From contig HF985638.1 of assembly GCA_000431155.1 (NCBI GenBank), forward strand, positions 20,262-84,261: a stretch of 64,000 nt of DNA, in the 5' to 3' direction. A program made the translations under genes and the position numbers. The stretch comes from Bacteroides sp. CAG:927. Its GTDB lineage: Bacteria > Bacteroidota > Bacteroidia > Bacteroidales > Muribaculaceae. The notes beneath the pieces are model-generated. The model was not told the DNA's origin and did not search any database. It saw only the letters and a list, made by a program, of their open reading frames with translations. This document shows, in pieces, positions 1-9,936 of the stretch. Every line of letters begins with the position of its first letter. Position 1 is the first letter of the stretch.

Positions 1-1
1 T

Positions 2-862
2 GTGGCTATTCCGCGCATAATGGGCTGGCATCTTGACTGCTTTGCCTTCGGTTATCCTATGGAGATAAGAAAAGACAACGACATCTACCGCTATATCTCC
101 GACCAATATCTCTATCCGAAATTCAAGATAATTCCGGCTCTCTCGAGAAACGGATTTGACGGAAATTTCCACGAAATCCGCCCAATCAAACTTTTCTCAA
201 TGCTCCTTTCCTCACCGCAAGCCGAAACACTGATTAAAGAGGGCTATACAGATATGCTTAAATATATGGCATATCATACCGACGAGGTAAAACACTTCTG
301 GGCATCATATATAATCGCCAAGCGTCACGGATATGAAATCCCAGACCTCTCAACGTGGTATGACTATCTGCGTATGCTGGAACGCTTCGGACGTGATACC
401 CACTCGCCGAAACTTATCGCCCCCGCCAATCTCTTTGACGCACACGACGAATATGTGCAGAAGGTACACCGCCAGCGAGAGAAGGAGCGCAGAGAAGCTG
501 AACGTAACAAGGCGTTGGAGAATGAAGAAAAGTTCAGAGAGCTGAAAGGTCGTTTCATCGGACTTGTCTTCACCGACAACGAGATAGAAATCAAGACCCT
601 CGACAGCGTTGACGAATACTACGAGGAAGGCAGGACACAGCATATCTGCGTCGGCAGTAGCCAATACTATCTCAAAGCCGAGAGCCTTGTATTCTCTGCC
701 CGAATAGACGGCAAGACAGTGGCTACCGTGGAGATAGACCTACGGACGCTCAAAGTGGTACAATGCCGTGCAGCCTGCAACAAGGTGAGCGAGTATCAGC
801 AACGGATAGAAAACGCTATCGCAAGCCACCAAGAGGAAATCAAGGCACGAATGACTGCCTAA
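2..862 (+). CDS. PcfJ-like conjugative-transposon protein (C-terminal part; 5' end lies outside the window)
   Basis: ORF runs open from the window start. The sequence resembles PcfJ-family proteins that flank tra regions of Bacteroides ICEs. Position next to the tra/lysozyme block fits. Confidence 0.5.
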   Translation: MAIPRIMGWHLDCFAFGYPMEIRKDNDIYRYISDQYLYPKFKIIPALSRNGFDGNFHEIRPIKLFSMLLSSPQAETLIKEGYTDMLKYMAYHTDEVKHFWASYIIAKRHGYEIPDLSTWYDYLRMLERFGRDTHSPKLIAPANLFDAHDEYVQKVHRQREKERREAERNKALENEEKFRELKGRFIGLVFTDNEIEIKTLDSVDEYYEEGRTQHICVGSSQYYLKAESLVFSARIDGKTVATVEIDLRTLKVVQCRAACNKVSEYQQRIENAIASHQEEIKARMTA

Positions 863-914
863 TGTATAATCCGACCTGCGTCAGCAATGGCGCAGGTCAC
901 AATACCCACCAATT

Positions 915-1172
915 ATGAACGTGACATTTGAACATCCGACTATCATTTTTGATGACAAAATAGCCGAAATCATCATAGAATTTGTGAACCACATTCTATA
1001 TGCCGACAGCGAGAAAACGCTACGGCAGATAGTAGCCGATTTTGCCGACAAGTACGACCTTGACCGATACTTCGTGTATGGCTACGGCAGTCACCACCTT
1101 TGGCTAAAACAAAGGAAGATAACCAACCCCGATATAACTTTTGGATACCGGATACTGATTGTAGAATACTAA
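915..1172 (+). CDS. small conserved ICE hypothetical protein
   Basis: 85-aa ORF co-oriented with flanking small ICE genes. No recognisable domain. Confidence 0.35.
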   Translation: MNVTFEHPTIIFDDKIAEIIIEFVNHILYADSEKTLRQIVADFADKYDLDRYFVYGYGSHHLWLKQRKITNPDITFGYRILIVEY

Positions 1173-1183
1173 ACCGCAAAACT

Positions 1184-1408
1184 ATGGCAACAAAACTCAC
1201 CGCCAACGGAGTAAGCACTACCACCACTCCCGGCACAGAACAATACGAGGTGTTTTACACCGGCTACCGCTCACGGCGAAAGAAACACTACCAATATGAT
1301 TACCGCCACACCGATGGAGAATTATTCTCTTGTGTGGCAGGCACACTCAAAGAGTGCAGACGCCGCCGTGACGAATGGCTTAACAAGAAAATCAACAACT
1401 CTAAATGA
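1184..1408 (+). CDS. DUF3873-like small ICE protein
   Basis: In-frame ATG at 1184 follows the stop of the previous gene. The sequence (EQYEVFYTGYRSRRKKHYQYDYRHTDGELFSC...) matches a small protein I recall as conserved in CTnDOT-like elements. Confidence 0.45.
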   Translation: MATKLTANGVSTTTTPGTEQYEVFYTGYRSRRKKHYQYDYRHTDGELFSCVAGTLKECRRRRDEWLNKKINNSK

Positions 1409-1415
1409 TAGCGTT

Positions 1416-1733
1416 ATGGACAACCAAGTAGCAAAAATCATACTCCAACAAATCGGAGGGCGCAGGTTTGTGGCAATGACAGGAAGTCACGACTTCATAA
1501 ATCTCGGCAACGGACTGAGAATGAGCCTCAGCCGTAACAAGACATCGGCTAATAGGTTGGAAATCATCTATGACGAGGGCGCAGACCTATACGACCTGCG
1601 TTTCTACCGTCAGAGTATGAACCACAAGACCTTTGAGGTCAAGACAAAGGATATCAAGACATACGAAGGTGTCTATTGCGATATGTTGGAGGACATCTTC
1701 ACTGATGTGACGGGGTTATACACCCGATTTTAA
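1416..1733 (+). CDS. conserved ICE hypothetical protein
   Basis: Internal ATG at 1416 sits immediately after the upstream stop. 105 aa, co-directional with the gene cluster. Confidence 0.4.
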   Translation: MDNQVAKIILQQIGGRRFVAMTGSHDFINLGNGLRMSLSRNKTSANRLEIIYDEGADLYDLRFYRQSMNHKTFEVKTKDIKTYEGVYCDMLEDIFTDVTGLYTRF

Positions 1734-1814
1734 CCGAATATTTGCCAAGTCGTAATATAAAGAAGGTGGGCGACCTCGTGATGAAGTTGCCCACCTTAAT
1801 ATTGCCAAAAATTT

Positions 1815-1838
1815 CGGCCGCCAAAAGGCGGCGTTTTG
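1815..1838 (+). terminator. rho-independent terminator candidate (GC hairpin followed by T-run)
   Basis: ggccgcc-aaaa-ggcggcg followed by tttt. A second hairpin lies at 1763-1797 (aaggtgggc...gcccacctt). Confidence 0.4.
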
Positions 1839-1880
1839 GAGAACCATATTACAGGTTATTGTTGTCTATTCCCAAACATT

Positions 1881-2537
1881 CTATTTTATATTGTCTATTT
1901 CTGAAATAATGTATCCCTCCATTTCTGATATGAATTCAGCTTTTAATTGTATGTATTCTTCCATTTTAACCTTAAATTCATCCGGTAATAACTTAGGTTT
2001 GCCAGCTGGTATGCCATTTTGATCCAATCCAGCACATTCAGCACAAATTTTACCGATTGAAGCTAATACGGCAGATAGTTGTAATACCTTTTGAACTACA
2101 TTTTCATCTTTTAATATTGGAAATAGTTTTGTTTGTGAACGAAGGAATGCCAATAACAGACTGTTCATATTAAAGATTCTAATATGTTGAAATGTTGCCA
2201 ATTCATTAAACAACGGACTATTTAACTCTTTTGACAAGGAATTGAACTCATCATATCTGAGTTGTGTGAGTATTAATCTTTTTTGATGCTCTCTATCACG
2301 CTCTTTTGAAAAATCGTTTGCCTTTTGAATTGTCATTGTAAGCCATACAAAGACTATAACATTTGTAATCGCAGAAAGCCCAGAAATATAATTACCAAAT
2401 ACAGCCCAATCATTGGGCAAATCAGAAAATCCGTAATGAAATTTTACAAAATATAAACTTATGCTTACTGTAAGTATGCAAGCAACAATACTTATAAACA
2501 ACAATGGATGCTTAAATATTTTATATAGCCATTTCAT
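1881..2537 (-). CDS. 2-TM membrane protein of unknown function in an AT-rich islet
   Basis: 218 aa with two N-terminal hydrophobic helices and a helical soluble tail. The local sequence (about 1860-2620) is visibly more AT-rich than the flanking ICE genes. Confidence 0.5.
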   Translation of the reverse strand: MKWLYKIFKHPLLFISIVACILTVSISLYFVKFHYGFSDLPNDWAVFGNYISGLSAITNVIVFVWLTMTIQKANDFSKERDREHQKRLILTQLRYDEFNSLSKELNSPLFNELATFQHIRIFNMNSLLLAFLRSQTKLFPILKDENVVQKVLQLSAVLASIGKICAECAGLDQNGIPAGKPKLLPDEFKVKMEEYIQLKAEFISEMEGYIISEIDNIK

Positions 2538-2623
2538 AATACAAAATTATGAAAAAAGATTGAAAAACTATAATTGTCTGCATGGCATGGCATCCCCCCA
2601 TACAGACAATTACATAACAATCT

Positions 2624-3112
2624 TTATTTTACAAATAATGCGGCAAACTCGGTCAAGCGGCGTTGGTGGAGTTGCTTGTGGAATTTTCCTTTATAGCGAC
2701 AGTGGGCGGTGTAGGACTTGAATATGTCACGGTTGCCGGATTTCAACTTTTTCAGTACGGTGGATTTGTTCACCACACTGGGGCCGCAGTTGTAAGCTAA
2801 CACGCCTAATAACAATGCGTCTTTGCCGTATGCCTTGTAGAGCGTCACGAATTTTCGCAGGTCTTTACGCAGGAGTGCGTCGGCTTGTTTCTCGGTGAGC
2901 TGCACACCTCGGCGGTATGGCTCACCCGGCTGGACTTGATGTCCGTAGCCGACATAAGGCCAGTGTTTCGGCTTATGGAGCGTTTCAAATTTCTTTATGA
3001 TAATCACAGCTCTCTCGAATGGCGGCAGATCCATTATGTTTATCTTCCGTCCGGTGGCGTTGCCCACCATGACGGTGAGCAACGCGAGAAACATCAGCAG
3101 AATTTTCTTCAT
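2624..3112 (-). CDS. secreted lysozyme-like peptidoglycan hydrolase of the conjugation module
   Basis: Signal peptide (MKKILLMFLALLTV...). Lies immediately downstream of traQ, as in CTnDOT-type elements, and resembles a lysozyme/muramidase family. Confidence 0.5.
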   Translation of the reverse strand: MKKILLMFLALLTVMVGNATGRKINIMDLPPFERAVIIIKKFETLHKPKHWPYVGYGHQVQPGEPYRRGVQLTEKQADALLRKDLRKFVTLYKAYGKDALLLGVLAYNCGPSVVNKSTVLKKLKSGNRDIFKSYTAHCRYKGKFHKQLHQRRLTEFAALFVK

Positions 3113-3630
3113 CGGATAGCCGGATTTACGGGTGTCACAATCGGGCTGACAATCTTGCCCTCATCATCGCTGTCTTTGCTGTTGAACTCGAAGGTCTGTT
3201 CCCACGGTGTTGTATTGAAGCTGTCTTCCACGACAACGAGGAATTTGTGGGCTTCGTCACTTTTGGCGGTGTAGTTCAGGCGGAAGGTCTTGCTTTCCAG
3301 AAGTACACGGTCGTTGTTGACCAGCACAGGCCCGTCAACGAGTCTGAGCGAGCCTTCTCCGTCATACTGGAAGTAACGGATTGTGTAGAGGGTGTTTGTG
3401 TAGTTGCCTTCCGGCTTTATTTCGAAGCGCAGTTCGACGGTCTGCCCTTTGGCAATCTTGGCAGCGTATGGCATGACTTCCACTGTGAAGGGATAGGACT
3501 GCTGCACATCGAGGTCGTCGGAACAGGATGTTAGTGACACTACGATTGCACATACTGCAATCAGGAACCCGAAAAAGCGGGTCTTGGTAAGGCGGATTTT
3601 GCCGATACGGGAAAAGAAATTTGTAGTCAT
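3109..3630 (-). CDS. traQ: conjugative transposon protein TraQ (lipoprotein)
   Basis: Last gene of the tra operon. Has an SLTSC lipobox and TraQ-like size and sequence. Confidence 0.65.
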   Translation of the reverse strand: MTTNFFSRIGKIRLTKTRFFGFLIAVCAIVVSLTSCSDDLDVQQSYPFTVEVMPYAAKIAKGQTVELRFEIKPEGNYTNTLYTIRYFQYDGEGSLRLVDGPVLVNNDRVLLESKTFRLNYTAKSDEAHKFLVVVEDSFNTTPWEQTFEFNSKDSDDEGKIVSPIVTPVNPAIR

Positions 3631-4499
3631 AATTTGAATTTGGGTTTAGTGGAAATTTTAGGATTGAGCGATTGTAGGTAATCGTTCAAGTCCTTATGAT
3701 TAGGATAGAGTGCCGATTTATCCATGACCTTGTTGCCGAACTCACGTTGAAGTCTGGCGAGGGCATTGCGTCCGGCTTCATCGTTGTCGAGATAGCAAAG
3801 AATCAGAGGATAGCCGGCGAGTATAGGGATAGACTTTCCGATGTTAGCAACGGAGTTCAGCACTACTGAATCGTTGCCCTCATTGAGTCCGAGGCGTTCC
3901 GCCGAAAGGAAGTCGATGAAGCCCTCGAACACATTGCAGCGCGGGTTATTACCTGCTATATGTGTGATGCTCTTGGGCGGGTAGCTCCCTTTGAAAAAAG
4001 CGTTTCTCAGTTCAAATCCGAGAGCGTTGTTCTCAAATCCGATGGCATAGTAGTGTTTGCCGTGAAGGGTGTAATCAACCTGTACACAGTAACGTCTGGC
4101 AATATCATCAGGTATGCCTCTTTCGGCAAGGTAGCGCAGCAATGCCGGGGAGTCCAGCCGGGACACAGTGACATTCTCGAATGTAGGTTCTTCGGCAAAA
4201 TATTGTGGCTTGTAGGGCATCGCGACAGGCATATTCATTGTTTCGGCGATATATCTTGCCTGCTCAACAAATTCGGATCTGCCTGACAGTTCTCCGGCGA
4301 GCGTGAAAATGTCGCCCCCTTCGCCTGTACCGAAATCATACCATAAGCCTTTGCGCGGATTGACATGAAACGATGGCTTTCTCTCGTTGCGGTACGGGGC
4401 ATAAAACCACAGACCTTTGCTGTCGCGTCCCGTCGGCTCATAGCCGAGGTGGTGCAGGAAATCGACAAGCGAAATCTGCTTGATGTCATCCATGTTCAT
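3627..4499 (-). CDS. traP: TraP, toprim-domain DNA primase
   Basis: N-terminal primase-type repeat (KGLWYDFGTGEGGDIFTLAGEL), a toprim E (EGFIDFL) and a DxD motif (YLDNDEAG). Confidence 0.7.
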   Translation of the reverse strand: MNMDDIKQISLVDFLHHLGYEPTGRDSKGLWFYAPYRNERKPSFHVNPRKGLWYDFGTGEGGDIFTLAGELSGRSEFVEQARYIAETMNMPVAMPYKPQYFAEEPTFENVTVSRLDSPALLRYLAERGIPDDIARRYCVQVDYTLHGKHYYAIGFENNALGFELRNAFFKGSYPPKSITHIAGNNPRCNVFEGFIDFLSAERLGLNEGNDSVVLNSVANIGKSIPILAGYPLILCYLDNDEAGRNALARLQREFGNKVMDKSALYPNHKDLNDYLQSLNPKISTKPKFKL

Positions 4500-5170
4500 A
4501 GGCGCATACCACGTTTCGGCTTTGATACTTCCGGCTCCTGTCTGACTTCAACCTTCCGTATTGCTGACATCTGAGCCGCTATATACCTGTTCAGTTCCGA
4601 CATATTGCACGAGCCTGTCAGCTCATACGCGAGGTCATATATGCCACCGTATGCGCCGGACTTTATATCGCGCCATTGATTGGTGTCGATATTTACAACC
4701 ATCGTCGGCTCTTGCTTTGAATCATACGGAGCATTGTAAATCCGCAGACTGCCGTCGGCTGCAACCGGGTGCTCCTGACCGAGAGCCTTCATAAAGTCGG
4801 TGAGTTTCACTTTCTTTATATCGAGACCAACGGTAATCGGTTCATGCGGGCGACGCGCCGTTGCCGAAAATTCCTTGCCCTGCTCATACTCGTTCATGTA
4901 TTTGAGTATGAAGTCTCTTGGATTCATATATAGCGTCGGTTTCATTTTGAGAGCGGCAAGGTCAATTATGTCACCGGTCTGGTCTGTGGCGTGGTCATAC
5001 CATTTGTTGGTGGAGGTATTGACAACCAGCATCGGCTCAGGGTCATCGCGTTGCGGGGCATAATACAGTTTCATATCCTCGAAGGACTTGACAGGCTTTT
5101 CACCGAGTGCAGCCATAAATTCCGTAAGAGGAATATTGCGGATGTCTTTTTCAGTGTATCTCATAGCCAT
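4496..5170 (-). CDS. ICE protein with two copies of a primase N-terminal-like motif
   Basis: Two internal repeats (KWYDHATDQTGDIIDLAALKM and QWRDIKSGAYGGIYDLAYELTG) resemble the N-terminus of TraP. No toprim domain seen. Confidence 0.4.
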   Translation of the reverse strand: MAMRYTEKDIRNIPLTEFMAALGEKPVKSFEDMKLYYAPQRDDPEPMLVVNTSTNKWYDHATDQTGDIIDLAALKMKPTLYMNPRDFILKYMNEYEQGKEFSATARRPHEPITVGLDIKKVKLTDFMKALGQEHPVAADGSLRIYNAPYDSKQEPTMVVNIDTNQWRDIKSGAYGGIYDLAYELTGSCNMSELNRYIAAQMSAIRKVEVRQEPEVSKPKRGMRL

Positions 5171-5751
5171 TACTCGATTATGAATTTGACACCGACACCA
5201 TACTGGGTGTGAAAAATCTGCACATCGCTACCGAAGGTGAAACGCTCCTTTACATTTGCGGTCAGGGCAATTTTGTCTGACAGGTAGAAATCAGCCTGTA
5301 ATGCCAGCGCACCGCCATAGATAAAGTTGTCGCCGTTATGGAGTGTCGAACCGTCGGATAAAACCGACTTTCCCAAATTCACTGTTTCGTAACCACCGAG
5401 AGCCGACACGCCACCGTAGAGGTGGAAGGTCTGCGAGTAGTCGCTCAACAGATGGAGATTGTAGCCGACCTCGCCTGTGAACTGAGCCACCGGGATACGA
5501 CCTTTCGCGCCGTAGGGCTTGTATGTCTGGAGATACTCGCCGCCAAAGCTCCAAGTATTGGCATTACCCTTATAAACTGAATAGAACGCTCCGAGAGAGT
5601 AACCGCAGTTGCGGGAGTTGCCGGTATAAAAACCGTCTGCCATGTCAGCCTTGATTTCTACTGCCGACATTCCGGGAAGGCATCGCTGGGCCATTGCCCG
5701 CCCTCCAAAGAGGGTGAGCATGGCAGCGATTATCATTATCGCTTTTCTCAT
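5170..5751 (-). CDS. traO: conjugative transposon protein TraO
   Basis: Signal peptide, beta-rich sequence, and its position between traN and traP. Confidence 0.6.
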   Translation of the reverse strand: MRKAIMIIAAMLTLFGGRAMAQRCLPGMSAVEIKADMADGFYTGNSRNCGYSLGAFYSVYKGNANTWSFGGEYLQTYKPYGAKGRIPVAQFTGEVGYNLHLLSDYSQTFHLYGGVSALGGYETVNLGKSVLSDGSTLHNGDNFIYGGALALQADFYLSDKIALTANVKERFTFGSDVQIFHTQYGVGVKFIIE

Positions 5752-5754
5752 TGT

Positions 5755-6777
5755 TTACTGGATTGAAAGTTCGTCAATTACATTGGCTCTCACAATATCC
5801 TCGTTCTCGACCACGAAAGACTGGTGTCTGCCGCCTTCTTTCTCAGCAATTTCGATAACAAGCTGCTTGTCATCGGGGATTGTGAATTTCTCCAGAGCGA
5901 AGACAGTTCTTTCGGAGGATTTGCCGTGTACTACCGTCACATAGTTCTGGGCGCGGAGAGGTTCGAGTACCTGCTCCTGCATTGCGGTACGCTTGATAAC
6001 CTTCTTATCCACAATCTTGAAGCTGATATAATCGACATCGAAAGGAATGTTGGAGGTGTTTTTCAGTTCGGTGTGGAAATAGAGAAGCCCGTTGTTGGCA
6101 TAAATGGATTTCAGGAGGAACTGCACCCCGAAACGCTTTGAGCCGATATGCTTGATTTCGCGCTTGTTCTGCTTGTAGATGCTCTTCATAATCAGCTTGA
6201 CAAGCATCGGCGACTCGCTACCCAACTTTTCGAGGTAGATTTCCTGCGCGTTGTTAGGGCGATTGACAGCTTCACCGTCATGCAAAAAATCGGTCATCTC
6301 GATATTGAGCAACAGCGGCTCTTTGGCAAATTTCACGTTGAAACTATAATAGCTTCCGTCCTCGGTGATTACCGACAGGTTTGTTTCCTGCTTGAACGAC
6401 TTGAAGGCTGATTTGACACGCAGCACATTTTTCGCACCGTCGGCTAATCCTGCGACAAGGTTTTCGTTGCCGAGGTCGCAATAGACTATTTCCGAGGGAA
6501 ATATAATGTGCGTAGTCTTTTCGTAGCAGACTTCGAGAGCGTGAGGCGGTATCATCCGGTCGAAGCCGACCTTGCGGGTCAGACCGTCAAACTTGTCACC
6601 GTCGGTGTAGTTGCCGCCGTACACATTGATGTCGTGTTCTGCTACCTGAGTGGCAACCTGTTCCGTGCCAGACGGCACGTTATTATCGGTGTTTTTAACC
6701 GATTTTGTTCCGGCAAAAGCCGGAGTAGCCATTGCTATAACGGCAATAAGCGAAAGTAAAAAGAGTTTGTAATTCAT
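5755..6777 (-). CDS. traN: conjugative transposon protein TraN
   Basis: Signal peptide; size and sequence typical of TraN (DUF4138 family). Confidence 0.7.
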   Translation of the reverse strand: MNYKLFLLSLIAVIAMATPAFAGTKSVKNTDNNVPSGTEQVATQVAEHDINVYGGNYTDGDKFDGLTRKVGFDRMIPPHALEVCYEKTTHIIFPSEIVYCDLGNENLVAGLADGAKNVLRVKSAFKSFKQETNLSVITEDGSYYSFNVKFAKEPLLLNIEMTDFLHDGEAVNRPNNAQEIYLEKLGSESPMLVKLIMKSIYKQNKREIKHIGSKRFGVQFLLKSIYANNGLLYFHTELKNTSNIPFDVDYISFKIVDKKVIKRTAMQEQVLEPLRAQNYVTVVHGKSSERTVFALEKFTIPDDKQLVIEIAEKEGGRHQSFVVENEDIVRANVIDELSIQ

Positions 6778-6803
6778 TGAATTGTGGATTTAATGGTGAA
6801 TAA

Positions 6804-7994
6804 TCATATATCTTCCGGCTGGTGGAGCATCACACGGTAGCCGGCTTTGAGGTGGACTTTGACGGTTCGCAGCTTCTTGGTGAGATACTGGCTGACACCG
6901 TTTATCAGCCCGCGCCCCACATCAGAGGCAATCTGCGCCCCGGTATTTGTGGAAATATTTATCGAGCTTCCCATCGTACTGCCCATATTTGCACCGATTT
7001 CATGCAGTGCGTCACTTTCCATTGACTGCGGGATATTGATGCCCTCCTGACCGTCGGAGTCATATACCTGCAACTCCACATCGTAAATTGAGCCTTCGCA
7101 CTCGATGGAGGCGATTTCAATCTCCAGCCTTTCGGCCTGCACTCTTGCAGAGCCGACAACGGTGGTGTTACGCGGTATCAGGCGGTTGCCGACCCACATC
7201 GGTTCGACGGTACGGAGTTTTACACTCTCGCCGTCAACTACACTCTGGTTGCCTGCCACCACTGCGGCGATGGTATTCTTGGCGACCTCCCTCATTGTAC
7301 CCACCGAGGTATTGAAGCCCCTGACGGTTGATGTCTGGCTAAGGGAGGATACCACATTTCTGTTGACCTGCGCCACCGGCTGCACATCCCGTTTGCCCTT
7401 TTCTTCGGTGGGTTGTGGCGGTGAATAGTTGCCGCCGTTGCCCATATACTGTGCCGCCAACTGATACGAGCGTTCCATCAGCTCCAGCTCGTCAGGCTGT
7501 GCCGTCTGTTGCTGTGCCAGAGCGTTCTGCGCCTCCAGCTCGTCAATCCGCGCCTGCAACTCTGCGACTTCCTGCGCCTGAGTATTCTCCGGGATATAGA
7601 AATCATTGAGAGAAGCCTGCACCTCCTGATACGCCTGCGCCGAAGTCTCGACAGCGGTTTGACGTGTCACTGTATCCGTGGTATTGGAAAGAGTGTCGAG
7701 AGTGGCAATCTCCACCTGCCGCGCCTCATGCTCCTTTGCGACCTCCGCCGCCGCATACTCCTCCGCTTTCGACTTGATGCCGTCGCTCTCTCCGGCAGGG
7801 ATCTCGGTGTTGAAGGCGTTTCCCCGTGTTTCTTCTGATTTATTCAGACTGGAATATAGCAGCCAGAGAATCACCACACCGCAGAGTATCGCCGCCGGCA
7901 TGACCACGAGGTACTTCATTATCTTCTGCCGTTCAGCCTGCGACTTCGGCTGGAAGAACCCGTTAATCCTCGCTTTCCATTCCTGCATTGTCAT
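6804..7994 (-). CDS. traM: conjugative transposon protein TraM
   Basis: One TM helix, a coiled-coil/Q-rich middle and a conserved C-terminal domain. Sits in the traL-traM-traN order. Confidence 0.7.
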   Translation of the reverse strand: MTMQEWKARINGFFQPKSQAERQKIMKYLVVMPAAILCGVVILWLLYSSLNKSEETRGNAFNTEIPAGESDGIKSKAEEYAAAEVAKEHEARQVEIATLDTLSNTTDTVTRQTAVETSAQAYQEVQASLNDFYIPENTQAQEVAELQARIDELEAQNALAQQQTAQPDELELMERSYQLAAQYMGNGGNYSPPQPTEEKGKRDVQPVAQVNRNVVSSLSQTSTVRGFNTSVGTMREVAKNTIAAVVAGNQSVVDGESVKLRTVEPMWVGNRLIPRNTTVVGSARVQAERLEIEIASIECEGSIYDVELQVYDSDGQEGINIPQSMESDALHEIGANMGSTMGSSINISTNTGAQIASDVGRGLINGVSQYLTKKLRTVKVHLKAGYRVMLHQPEDI

Positions 7995-8292
7995 AGACAG
8001 TCGTGGTTAAGGGTTCAACATTGTGGACGGGCAGATCCAGCGGACTGATATGCCGCACCTCAATCCGGCGCAGTGCCTGACCCAGCCCTATGCGGTAACA
8101 GGCGTGACCGAACACGAAGAAGGCAATAAGGACAAACACGGTCAGCATTACGCCTACGACCGTCACCCGTTTGCCGTGCGGCAGGTCGTCGCAGACCTTC
8201 CGCAACCGGGCCGAGAGCTTCCCCTTGGGGGTGTGCCACACCTTATTATATACGGTGTCTCTCGCGGCACGAAAACCAGAAATCATACTCAT
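7963..8292 (-). CDS. traL: conjugative transposon protein TraL
   Basis: Small membrane protein between traK and traM (DUF3989-like). Confidence 0.5.
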   Translation of the reverse strand: MSMISGFRAARDTVYNKVWHTPKGKLSARLRKVCDDLPHGKRVTVVGVMLTVFVLIAFFVFGHACYRIGLGQALRRIEVRHISPLDLPVHNVEPLTTTVYDNAGMESED

Positions 8293-8915
8293 TATCGTTT
8301 GGTGGTGATTATATCCTTGTTCTCAAGGATGTTGAAACCTTCAATAATAAATCCGTTGGGATTATCGTCGGAACGCGGCACGTTTGAGAGGCGGCAGGTG
8401 GTCACCAGTGTACGCTGTGTCACATTCGACTCACGGATAATCATCTGCTTGGCGTAGGTAGTGGCGGTGTACGGGTAATTGTTGAAATCGCACACCACGC
8501 TGTCAACCTGCACAAACTGATTGATATTCCCCGCTATGATGCGGTTGTAGTAACCCTTCTCCGAGAAATCGGTGTAATAATTGTAAGCCGATTTATCGCT
8601 GAGAATCAGAGCGCGGTTGATGTTATGCTCGATTGCCGACTTGTCGGGCGAAAGGTTGAAGAACAGTTCATGGAATCGGCGCACGTGTTCACGGGCCTCA
8701 GCCGGACGGTTCTGGCTCATATCCTGCGAAAGAGCGAGCATCAGCGACTTGCCGTTGTCGAGGACATAGATTTTCTCACGCTGCTTCTCTGCGAAATTGA
8801 AAACCATAATCAGAGCCACCGACACAACCACGGCACACATTGCCACAAAGACTATACCGAACAGGCGTATCTGACGGAAAGATGTCTCGATATTCTTTAA
8901 TGACTTAAACTCCAT
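8292..8915 (-). CDS. traK: conjugative transposon protein TraK
   Basis: N-terminal TM helix, about 207 aa, TraK-like sequence. Confidence 0.7.
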   Translation of the reverse strand: MEFKSLKNIETSFRQIRLFGIVFVAMCAVVVSVALIMVFNFAEKQREKIYVLDNGKSLMLALSQDMSQNRPAEAREHVRRFHELFFNLSPDKSAIEHNINRALILSDKSAYNYYTDFSEKGYYNRIIAGNINQFVQVDSVVCDFNNYPYTATTYAKQMIIRESNVTQRTLVTTCRLSNVPRSDDNPNGFIIEGFNILENKDIITTKR

Positions 8916-8919
8916 AATT

Positions 8920-9936
8920 CTACTTTAATAGTTTGCCAGCGCGACCGGCGACATTTCCTGCAACCGCGCCTCCGACGCTTGCCGCTCCTGAGCCTACCTG
9001 CATGGCGGTATTGTTGACAGCACGGTTATAGTTTCCGGCACCTCCGGCTTGTATTATCCAGCCTGCCACAGTGGGGATTGTGAAATAACCGATAATTCCG
9101 ATGATCATGAAGACCGTATATGCGGTGTTGCTTCCGTCGAGGTCGATATTCGGATTGTTAGTCAGTTCCGAAATATCGTTCTGGAGCATCAGCACCTGTA
9201 TTTTCGCAAGGATTGTCGAAAACAGGTCTGCGACAGGCAACCACAGATAGGTCTGAATGTAGCGGCAGATCCACTGTGTCAGTGTTGACTGAAAACCGTC
9301 CCATACGGAGAGGGCAAATGAAATCGGCCCCAGTATCGCCAGCACTATCAGGAAGAAAGTGCGGATAGTGTCAATCGTGAGAGAGGCAGCCTGAAAGAGC
9401 ATCTCCAGCAGCTCACGAAAGAAATTCTGGATTGCCTTTTTCACCTTATACATTCCGCGCTCGATATACATTCCGGCGGCTGTTCCGATTTCAGTAACAC
9501 CGAGTTCATCAATCTGCCTGTCAAACTCGGCATCATCGACAAGATAGGCTGTTGAGGGGTCATTCATCATCGCCTCATACTCCAGCCGGTCTTTCTCCTC
9601 GCGGTACTTCTTCATGTCGAGAGTCTGCCCTTCGAGCATCGAAGCCGTACCCTGCACAATCGGCGACATCACAGAGTTGATTGTGCCGAGTACCACCGAC
9701 GGGAAAAACATTATACAGAAGCCTATTACAAACGGACGCAACAATGGGAACACATCAATCGGTTCGGCTGCGGCAAGTGACCGCCAGATGCGGTATGCCA
9801 CATAGAACAGCGCGCCTAATCCGGCTATCGCCTGAGCCACACCCGCCATATCCTCGCAGAGTGGCATCATCTCGTCATAGAGCGAGCGGAGAATGGTGTG
9901 GAGGTTTGAAAAATCAATAGCACACAACATAGGCAT
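8920..9936 (-). CDS. traJ: conjugative transposon protein TraJ (polytopic membrane protein)
   Basis: Multiple TM helices. Its start overlaps the traI stop (ATGA). Confidence 0.7.
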   Translation of the reverse strand: MPMLCAIDFSNLHTILRSLYDEMMPLCEDMAGVAQAIAGLGALFYVAYRIWRSLAAAEPIDVFPLLRPFVIGFCIMFFPSVVLGTINSVMSPIVQGTASMLEGQTLDMKKYREEKDRLEYEAMMNDPSTAYLVDDAEFDRQIDELGVTEIGTAAGMYIERGMYKVKKAIQNFFRELLEMLFQAASLTIDTIRTFFLIVLAILGPISFALSVWDGFQSTLTQWICRYIQTYLWLPVADLFSTILAKIQVLMLQNDISELTNNPNIDLDGSNTAYTVFMIIGIIGYFTIPTVAGWIIQAGGAGNYNRAVNNTAMQVGSGAASVGGAVAGNVAGRAGKLLK

